Assembly (NCBI GenBank): GCA_000182565.2
Contig: KQ257460.1
DNA from: Spizellomyces punctatus DAOM BR117
Taxonomy: Eukaryota
Reading direction: 5' to 3' (one strand)
Length of the DNA: 64,000 nucleotides
Below are positions 23,921-33,400 of this stretch, in pieces. Every line of letters begins with the position of its first letter. Within the stretch, counting starts at the first letter, position 1. The notes under the pieces were generated by a model. It had not been told where the DNA came from, searched no databases, and saw only the letters and a program-made list of their open reading frames with translations. The translations under genes were made by a program, and so were the position numbers.

Positions 23921-24287
23921 TTTTTTTTTTTCTTGTTTACATGAACGTCAGATGCAGATGATGGATAGATGGGATCGCACACTGGCCCACCAGGGGAAAA
24001 CAAGAATCATCTTGTTGTTTGTATTTGAATTTAATGACTCATTGTTCTTGACCACTACACTATAAAATGATTGAGATATCCGTCATGCCACTATTGGCTT
24101 TTGCGAAAGCTGCCGTACTTTTCATGGACTGGCCCAACCGGAGGTCAATCGGAGCCGTGAAATGAGATGACTCATCCACCTCCAAGTCTTGTTTATAATC
24201 AGGCGCTGAGACCTCATCTCTTTCCTTCAAATCCGTTCTAAACACCAAAAGCAATAGGATCATCACAACCAAAAACGCTCGATCAGA

Positions 24288-24719
24288 ATGGGCACGTTCC
24301 TAAAATTCACTCAGTTTCGCACAGCGCGACCCACACCCTCCCTTGAGCGCATCAAAGCATTTTATGGTCCAACTGGCCTAAACCTGCCCATCATCGGCTC
24401 ATTTCAAGACCATAGTGACTACTCAGGAACCATCTACGGGCTGCCAGACGCTTCCCACCAGCTCGAATTTACTGAATACAACGGATCAGATCCGCACAAG
24501 ATTCCAAAAACTTTTGCACCGAGTAGTGGAGACCAGTTGCTGGTGTTTTATATGCCCGATAAAGCGGAACTGGATCGTGTCGTGGATAGATTAGTTGCTG
24601 TTGGAGGGAAGATTGTGGAGAGTGAGAATCCTTATTGGACTGAAAAGGGTGTGACGGTTAAGGATCCGGATGGTTGGAGGGTTGTGTTGATGAACTCGAA
24701 GGGGTTTGAAAGCAGTTAA
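24288..24719 (+). CDS. VOC/glyoxalase-fold protein, YycE-like, intronless
   Basis: RTARPT, FY..GL, GSFQDH.DY.G...GLP...HQLEFT, LLVFY, NPYW..KGVT..DPDGWRVVL are typical of the bacterial YycE family. Confidence 0.88.
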   Translation: MGTFLKFTQFRTARPTPSLERIKAFYGPTGLNLPIIGSFQDHSDYSGTIYGLPDASHQLEFTEYNGSDPHKIPKTFAPSSGDQLLVFYMPDKAELDRVVDRLVAVGGKIVESENPYWTEKGVTVKDPDGWRVVLMNSKGFESS

Positions 24720-24859
24720 ATAACTATTGCAAGATGTGATTAGACTTTTGGAACAGTTGCATGGCTGTGCCACATGATTTGTCATACTCGTGACGTCGCA
24801 GTTCAGATTTCCAACCTTGCAAGAAATGTCTTCCTTCTTCCATCTGTACCAAAAGACAA

Positions 24860-26836
24860 ATGACTTGTCAGTTACCGAGCTTTGGAGATTTACCAATAGG
24901 AAAACGCATACCCGATACTTCGTTTGCGGTTGATGCTTTTAAATACAAGACTCCCGAGTTTACATATTTTCTAAGGTAAACATTGAACATCTGTTGTTGC
25001 TGGCAGTGTCTTTATGACTTGACACTCGCACCACTCAGTCACTTTCACCAAGACCATTATGGCGGCATCACAAAAAACTGGACTTTTGGTCCTATTCATT
25101 GCTCACCCATCACCGCCAAACTCTTGGCACACGTCCTTCAAGTCCCCTCCGAATACATCAAAGCTCTCCCAATAGATGAGCCGTTTGATCTTGGAAATGG
25201 GCATACGGTGCGACTCCTGGACGCTAATCACTGTCCTGGAGCTGTTGTGTTTGTTTTTGATGGGAATGGTCGACGTGTGGTCCATTGTGGGGATTTTAGA
25301 TATCGGGACGAAATGAGGGATTGGCCGGGGTGGAAAGATGCTGCTGGGGAAGTATTGCCGGTGGAGGATGTTATGCTTGATACTACGGTATGTGCAGAGC
25401 AGAGCTGGCCTTGAAGAACTTATAGAGACTTATATTACTCTTAGTACTGTAATCCTCGGTTTAAGTTTCCCAAACAGGACACTATAACCGAGGCTATAGG
25501 AGATCTCATATTAAGACAAGTCAACTCGGACAAGGCAACGACTTATGCAACCCTTACTGCCGATTCACCCAACAACAACAACAACAAGTCTCTCTGGGAT
25601 CATGCATCAACCCTGTCTCCACCGCGTCGACGCAAGACTCTGTTCGTGGTGGCCACATATACAATAGGCAAAGAGAAGGTCTTGCAAGCCATAAGCGACA
25701 AATGCGATGGTCTGCCTGTCTACGTCACACCAGAGAAGAGAGAGATATTGGCGCTACTGGAGCTAGAGTATGCGGGAATATTTGTGACAGATCCAAAGAT
25801 GTCCCCAATACATGTTGTTTCATGGGGAATGTTGGGAGAAATGGCCCCTGGGGGTATGTAGAGGGTGCTTGTCATGAAAGCAAGGGTCAGATGCTGATTG
25901 TCTCAAATCAGGCTGGAAGTTTTTGCCGAATTGGTCGTTTGCCCAGCAGTATCTTGATTGGATGGTTAGTATCATTTCCTTCTAGCGGTCGTCCATTGCG
26001 GAATTTTGTCTCACTGTTCTTCTTGTCCCAGAACTCCCTCATTGTGGATGCTTCGGACCACTATACCCATCTCACTGGCATCGTCCCCACCGGGTGGACC
26101 TGGGAATTTCAGCGACAACACGGTACATCATCGGTGTTTCACAACCAGACCAAAACCGGTCAAGAGCATTTGAATATGTACGAAGTACCTTACTCTGGTA
26201 TGTCTGTTATGGCTCTCCTTTTCTCACCCAGGTACCCTTCTCACCGACTTTACACAGAGCACAGCAACTTTGAAGAACTCCGATCATTTATCGAGTTTCT
26301 GCGTCCCGCTCGCGTGATTCCTACCGTTGTAGGCAAGTCTCGCAATGAGGAGAGATTGGCCGCCTACTTTAGGGATCTCGTGGATGCGAAGCGCCGTCAT
26401 GAGATGGGATTCACGGGGCTATTCGGAGGTGAGTTACTCATTGCGCTTGTCCATGCACTTTTGATGCATATTAAAGCGCGACATTTGGATAGTACGAAAA
26501 CCACATACATCCCAGACGGACAATAACGAAGGAGAGCCCAACCACAGTCCTATCCCTCCAACACCACCTAAACCCCAGCCTGACTCGACACCCAATCCGC
26601 CAAACACATCCACATCAACCGTGTGCTGCCCGATCTGTAGCACCGTCACAGATCGCGCATCCATAAACAGCCATCTAGACACATGTCTGATTACAGGATC
26701 GATATCAGATGAACCTACTCAAAACTCTAATCGCAAGAGAAGTGGGGGCTCATTGATATCCCCGAAGCTATCCAAGAGAAGATCAGACAGTACATCGTCA
26801 CAGACAAAGTTGTCAGCGTTCTTTTTGCCTAGGTAG
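24860..26836 (+). CDS. Second SNM1-family MBL/beta-CASP nuclease (LIG6 N-domain-like) with C-terminal UBZ4 and PIP box, 7 exons
   Basis: Exons 24860-24975, 25039-25387, 25445-25853, 25912-25964, 26032-~26197, ~26258-26428, 26493-26836. Motifs: SHFHQDHYGG, ANHCPGA, HCGDFR, LDTTYCNP, VATYTIGKEK, PTGWTWE, PYSEHSN, CPICS...INSHLDTC, QTKLSAFF. Confidence 0.88.
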
Positions 26837-26912
26837 ATCCGTAATAGAGTGAATCCGGTCCAGGCGGAAAAGTATGCTGTCGTGAGGGATGTAGATTGTT
26901 GCGTTTCAACCA

Positions 26913-26994
26913 GACACGATGGCCGAGTGGTTAAGGCGATAGACTAGAAATCTATTGGGCTCTGCCCGCGCAGGTTCAAATCCTGCTCGTGTCG
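26913..26994 (+). tRNA. tRNA-Ser (anticodon AGA/IGA), intronless, long variable arm
   Basis: Acceptor stem GACACGA/TCGTGTC, A-box TGGCCGAGTGG, anticodon arm ATAGA-CTAGAAA-TCTAT, variable arm GGGCTCTGCCC, B-box GGTTCAAATCC, and an oligo-T Pol III terminator near 27018. Confidence 0.97.
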
Positions 26995-27329
26995 CTTCCC
27001 CCGGTTGAGCACGAACATTTTTTACATCCACGGCTGAGGTGCAGTTTACCTTTCGTCCTGGCGTGTTTCCACCCATATGGCATTCATTTGCGATATGCAC
27101 CATTCACCAGTCTGAGCCCTTACGGGTGAAGCTTTTGAACTCTGACCATCGATATCCCCAAAAGCAGCACTTCAAGCTATGCTCTCTTGATTGCGTTTCT
27201 GGTTGCTGGAGGAGAAAAAACGTACAGTAGAACGCGTTGCTAAGCCACTGCAAAAGTCTCCCCACATTTGCTGATACGAACGATCTCTGTTTTCCCTTCA
27301 ACATTTTCAATTCAAACAGCAACTTCACC

Positions 27330-28142
27330 ATGCCTAATCCACCTGTGGTCGCTTTTTCCAATCACAATTCCATGCGAGAAAACTACGAGGCATATGGTGT
27401 CGGGAATTACTATACACAAGTAGCCGCCACATACCGTAACCCGCATGCAGAAGGTGTCCGCAACGTTGTCTGGGGATGGATGGATACTTGGTGGGACAAG
27501 GAAGGCAAGGAAGGAGAAACGGGAGAGGCGGGAGGTTCTAGAGTTTTGGATATGGCTGCAGGGAGTGGGGAGGTGACTCTGGCGCTTTTGGGATGGGTAG
27601 AACGGAAAAAGAGTGGACAGACTGTCCGAGTCAAAGGACTGGTGCGGGGAGGTCAGGGCAGTGTGCGTCCTTCTGCTGTTCGACCCTCAGATCCTTCAAT
27701 ACCAGCCCCAATAGCAAGAGATCCAATATCACTAGGCGAACCATCGTCAGCACCCTCACTGAATCCAATCACCCCGACATTGCACATCACCGCAACAGAC
27801 CCATACACTTCTCCCGCCTACACAGCCCAAACTACCCTCCCTTGCCTCCCGCTTTCCTTTCAAGACATTGCCAACGGAACCTTACCAGAAACCCAATACA
27901 CCCACATCATCTGCTCCTACGCCCTCCATCTCGTCAAAGACACTAGCGAGTTGTTCGCGCTTCTATGGGAATTGAGTACCAAAGCACGGTACCTGCTTGT
28001 CATTGCTCCCGGGAAGCGCCCAGAGATTAGAGAGGGGTGGGGGTGGAGGAGATGGGATGTTGAACGATGGGATTGGGGAGAATGTGAACTTGTGTTTGGG
28101 AAATGTCGTGGAAGGGTTTACAAGAGTGTAAACTGTTTCTAA
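27330..28142 (+). CDS. Class I SAM-dependent methyltransferase-like protein, intronless
   Basis: YRNPH, motif I VLDMAAGSGEVT, ATDPYT, LSFQDIA, IICSYALHL, LLVIAPGKRP. Confidence 0.8.
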   Translation: MPNPPVVAFSNHNSMRENYEAYGVGNYYTQVAATYRNPHAEGVRNVVWGWMDTWWDKEGKEGETGEAGGSRVLDMAAGSGEVTLALLGWVERKKSGQTVRVKGLVRGGQGSVRPSAVRPSDPSIPAPIARDPISLGEPSSAPSLNPITPTLHITATDPYTSPAYTAQTTLPCLPLSFQDIANGTLPETQYTHIICSYALHLVKDTSELFALLWELSTKARYLLVIAPGKRPEIREGWGWRRWDVERWDWGECELVFGKCRGRVYKSVNCF

Positions 28143-28277
28143 TTGAAAAGGGGAGGATTTTCTGAGACGATCAACTACTTTTCATTATCATTACTCTTTA
28201 TACAAGAAAAAAAAAAAAGCAAATCTATTTTTTTTTGGGTTTTTTTGTTTTTTGTGTTTGTTCCACTTTCTTCACCT

Positions 28278-29042
28278 CTATCGTCCCATCGCCCCCAACG
28301 CCAAGAGCTTCCTGCTCACTGTTTTCAAATTATCCCGGTAGGGATACCCACCGCGGTCAATCCCGGTGAGTTCACCCTCCAGTCGATGAGCAGCCGACTT
28401 GATATCAAGCGGCCCGGGGGGATTGGCCGTAGGTGCCCGTGTTCGGCCCGTTGGGCGCGGGAATCTAATGTCCTCGGGATCATATAACGGACATAATGGA
28501 TAGGCACTTGTATGATCGTAGAGGGACTCTGATCCATCAGTTTTCGACGTATATAATTGATAGATATTTGATAAATCGTTGAGAGAGTTTGGTCTATCAG
28601 TTTTCGACGCATATAATTGATAGATACTTGAAAAATCGTTGAGAGAATCTGGTACGTCAGTTTGCGTCGTCCCTTTATGGTGGCGAGCTTGTCGAGAGGG
28701 AGTGGTATAGGGTATGTGGTCGAGTGCGGGAGTGCTTTGTTCCTTAGCTAAAGAGAGGATGGTGGAACCTGGTTCGGCGGCCGTTGCCATCTGAGGATCT
28801 TGTATGTGCTCGACTTTGTCGGGGTGGGGTATAACTTGCGGTAACTCTGCCGCCGTACGGTCCGGGTCTTGATGCTCGTCGATTGCATCAGGCTTGTGAT
28901 GCTTTTTAGCTCCCCCTCGATGGCTATGCTTTCGGTGTTCGTCGACGGAATTGGAATTGCGACAGCCTTTGAGGGGCCATATTATAATGTCGTGGAGTGT
29001 TTTTTGGATGCTCTTGATGACTGGGGTGATTCTGTTCTTCAT
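28278..29042 (-). CDS. Hypothetical orphan protein containing three 20-aa tandem repeats
   Basis: 254-aa ATG-initiated ORF; the 60-bp repeat preserves the frame; no family motif recognised. Confidence 0.45.
   Translation of the reverse strand: MKNRITPVIKSIQKTLHDIIIWPLKGCRNSNSVDEHRKHSHRGGAKKHHKPDAIDEHQDPDRTAAELPQVIPHPDKVEHIQDPQMATAAEPGSTILSLAKEQSTPALDHIPYTTPSRQARHHKGTTQTDVPDSLNDFSSIYQLYASKTDRPNSLNDLSNIYQLYTSKTDGSESLYDHTSAYPLCPLYDPEDIRFPRPTGRTRAPTANPPGPLDIKSAAHRLEGELTGIDRGGYPYRDNLKTVSRKLLALGAMGR
28499..28670. repeat. 60-bp tandem repeat, ~3 diverged copies
   Basis: Consecutive 60-nt blocks align, e.g. atcagttttcgacgYatataattgatagata at 28536 and 28596. Confidence 0.92.
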
Positions 29043-30455
29043 GGTTGTAGAGTACAAAGTTGAGGGGATGGTATGTATCATGTGAAAACTGGTTTTGGGA
29101 TGAGAATCCAAGATGGAAAATGTGGTCAGTTGGTGAAGAGGGGACGACGACCAAACTCCTCGATCGTCTTAATAACCTACCTCATACTCTTCCAAATCTA
29201 CAAATCTACCATGGAATATCTCTATTAAAAACCCCGGACTTGTTGCCAATGATTAGACAGAACTCTTCGTACAAAAAAGACACCAAAAATAAAATACCAT
29301 TCAAAAACAAACGATCATCTAAATTCCTGCGTACGCTGACCATTCTTTGTCGGACATTTTTTTTGCGATACCTTGTTTGTACTTGAGGGTCAATAATATA
29401 AATACTCGTGAGGATAATGATTCATGCCACCCTCGGGGATTTTGTTCAAAACAATGGATTACCTAGCATTCTAGTTGAGACACTGTCGACTCTGGATAGC
29501 AATACCCCAAAGGCACATTTTATTCCATGGCAAATCTCATATGGTTCATACGGAGAGTATATCTTGTTCCCCCAATTTCAAAACAATACTGGCCTTCGAG
29601 AATCATGTACCCCAGCTTTGTACGTGTCCTCGGATAACTTTAAATGAGGGTGCGTATGCAACTCCTGACCATGGAGGTGACAAAGCGCGACATGCCATAG
29701 GACCAACCACCTTCTGGCGGGATGAGGGATGTAGACGCTCCCATTGTTTTTCTCTATTTTTTTGGTCAGCGCTATTGAGATGTGATGTGATAGGGTTTAT
29801 CGGTATGAAAGCCACGATAATTACAGATAGCTTAATTGGCGATGAAACAAACTAGATCATTACGGTTCATCAAGATCTGATACCGGATAACAACATGTCG
29901 TATTTCAGTACCATACCAATGCGAATCATACAAATGATAACACTGCATCAGATACCTTTCGCATATTCCTCAACAGATGATATCCAAGTGATGACACGCC
30001 AATGGAGCGCGCGCTGGAAGTGTCTCTTTTGTTCTTTATTGTTTGTCATCTTTCATCAGGATCTGGGCACCTGAATAAATGTGCCATGCGAGAGATACCC
30101 CGACTTTCCTCGATTTGCGGGGGTCTAGATGCACGCTCTCCATCCGGGGTTGCATCCCATACCCACGACAGAGTGTTCTTTCCAGCAATACAAGTAATAC
30201 AGTAGTACGCAGCTGGCCCATACGCGACCAGAATGCAAAAAAGCTGCCATGAAGAAACGAAAATACAAACGATTTGCCAAATACCCATTCGTACACTGAC
30301 AAGATACAGAGGCTATATTTAAAACTACATATATATAATAGAGACATTAAGAAAACAGGCTTTTTCAACCATTTTGCACATTTGTATCACCCATACCCAT
30401 ATGGCATATCTCACATACATATCGTGACACCAGATGATTTCACGACTTTTTCTAA

Positions 30456-33400
30456 TTACAACTCTCCCTTCAAAACACCGTCAATACACCGGTGGATCCA
30501 TTCCTTCTTGGCTCCCAAATCACAACCAAAGTAAGCGGATAGATCCTCTCGGACACTCTTTTTCGTCACGCTCATCAAGTCGGCCGTGGAAAGGATACGG
30601 CGGACTTGACGAAGAATTTCATCGTCGCTGGGGAGGGCACGGGGTGCGTCGGCAGTTGTGGCGGTATATTGTGATCGCATGCTGGTCCGGCGGACGGGGG
30701 CCGCACCCGAGGATGGTGGAGGTGCAGCAGCGGAAAAGTCGGGAACGCCAGTGTACTGGGTGCCCCAACTCATACGGGGGTTGTAACCGCCGTATTCAGG
30801 ACCACCTGCCACGCTTGGTGCAACAGGGTAGGGCGGTACAGGCATGCCACCGTATTGCGAACCACCATAGGCAGACGCGGCGTAGACAGAACCGGTGCCT
30901 CCATAGGCAGATGCTCCACCGTAAACAGATCCACCGTACGCAGTACCAGCTTTGCCACGCGACCGACCCGACCCGGAACCAGAGCCAGAGTGGTATGAGG
31001 AGTGCGACTGCAATTCGTCACGCTCAAGCCGCTCGGCCTCGAAATCTGACCATTTACGCACTGGAATGCTCGCGGGGTCAAACTATGAGAATAGAAATAA
31101 CATAAGCTAATCGGTACATCAGTGATGCAGTATCAAGTTACTGGACACTTACTGGCTCCTCAACAAGGACTTTTTCCACCTTCTTTCCACCTTCCTCGAC
31201 AACTCGTCGGGTGTTACCCCAAGAGAAGTCGTCAAAGTGCCAGAAGGAGTAGAGGGGAATGTATGCACCAAAAATGGGCATCGCTAGCATGTACTATCGA
31301 AGATACGCCAGTTAGCTTTCAAGCATTCCTACGCAAACCAAGTTTCCATAATACTCACAATAATCATCCAACCAATGTGCTGCCATTCCCTTTTCAACAG
31401 GAAGATAATCATCTGGAAACCGTAAATGGCCGCAATCATAATAATACTGATCAAGGGGAACTGGGTCTGGGTCTCCGTAACAAGCGCCCAAATCAAGTAA
31501 CCAATGTAGACCAGAGCAGCCGGTTGGACAAAGGTGGCAAACAGATCCAAAAAGACCACGAAGCGCATCGAGAAGCAGCAGAACCCGCACATTTCCGGAA
31601 GCCAGAGCAGCTCGAGTAGGTTATGAACGGTCGAGTTGATCCATCGACGACGCTGGGACAGGAGAACAGACCATTTATCAGGGGCGTTGGTCTTACATTT
31701 TGCATCGGCAGTGAACGTTGTCTTCATGTTCGGGAAGTGCTTGAGCATCAGAGTTGTCAAGTATCGATCCTCACCCAAATGCAACAGGTTCTTCAAGTGG
31801 AGCGTATCGACCTCGTTTTCTGAATAATCCTTGATGACACCAGGGGCGACCAAAAGCGGAACATTCTTCACTGGCGTCCGTATACGGTACATACAGAAAC
31901 AGCCGGGAAGACAAGTCACACTTCCAAAGAGAGACTCAAAAGCCTTGGCCATATGATGGGAGATGAAATATTCGTATACTTGAATCATGGAAACCCAAGA
32001 GTCCTTCTCGTTGGAAATTTGAGTTTCACCGCAAATACCAGCAACCTTCGAGTCGCGAGCCATATTCGATACCAAACGGTTCAGGGAATCGGGGTACACC
32101 TCTGTATCGGCGTCCACCATGAAAGTGTACTCGTAGAAGGATGGATCGACTCCGATGACGTTCTTCATCTGATGGTACAACTCGAGCTCCAGAGGGTTCA
32201 TCGGTTGGTTGAAGTGAACACGAGATAGGAACCGCATGAGAATGAGCTGAGAGTCACGTTTACCCCTGAAAAGATAATTGAATGTCATAAGCGCTCGTCC
32301 AGACTGCACACACTAGCAAAGCAGTGGCGATACCCACCTGTTACCAGGCCTCTGCCTCTCGCTTGGTTTTCCAACTTTGACAACCACAATGTACGGTACA
32401 ACTCTGCCTTGAATCTCATACAGCCCAGAGTACACCTTGCCCATATTCAACTGTTTGTTTCCTTCGCCAAGACTTTGGAACGCCAAAGCTTCGGGGTCAA
32501 CGCTAGGGTCAACGCCCAAAATGTCCAAGACGATACGGGGCGTGGGACGATCGTTGCCGGAACCGATAATCATACCATCGCAAATAACGAAAAGCAGCTT
32601 GTGCTTATCGTCATAGTCGAGCATAGCCAATGATTCGAGAGTACGAAGAAGAGAAACCTCGCCCTAAAGTAGACATCAGCTTAGTTTCCGCGATGAGCCA
32701 GTCGAGGTCTGACGGTTGAGCTTACCTCTGTATAACAGGGAACCTGACAAATAACAAACTTGTCGTGCTCCTCAGGCTGTTTCTTTCCTCCAAACTGCAG
32801 AGCAGCCAAGAACTTGAAACCAATCACACTGACAACGATACAACTCGCTACCACCATGATATAGTTGGGAACCTCGCACTGCACATCGTTTCGGTGATCC
32901 ACATTGCCGACGTAAAACAACCCTTGCATGCACGTCATGGCCTGTGTCCATTGCTGCGTGTTGTTACGTTTCAAGACTTCAAAGGCTGGTGTTGCATCGG
33001 CAAAGACGTTGCTCGGGGCGGAGTAGCGATCCATCAATTGAGAAATGTAATCACCCATAAAGTTCACTCCACCGGCGATTTTGACAGTTTCGTAATAGTT
33101 ACCGAGGTACATTGCAGAGACATCGAACACTCTGTCGTAGGCGACAATGTAACGCATTCTTTGCTTGTCGACTCTCTCCGCAACTGAGGCCTTATCCCAA
33201 ACCACTACGCCCTTACGGTACTGGTTGACTTTGTTCAAAAAAGTAGAGTGTTGGTGAGGGAACCAACTCCCTGTGTCGAACAATGGGTTCTTTATGTCCT
33301 TAGGGAATTGCTCGAAAGTGTTTGGCTTTGTGTATCCGGGACAGTATGTGGTGAAGAAATCATCACGGGCATCCGTCTTTGGAAACAGTTGGCTAACGTC

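Noticed and set aside
28499..28670. Repeat considered as a CRISPR-like array
   Set aside because: Contiguous 60-bp units with no unique spacers, inside a eukaryotic ORF.
29060..30370. Cluster of 65-126-aa ORFs
   Set aside because: No motifs or coherent exon chain; partly the chitin synthase 3' UTR.
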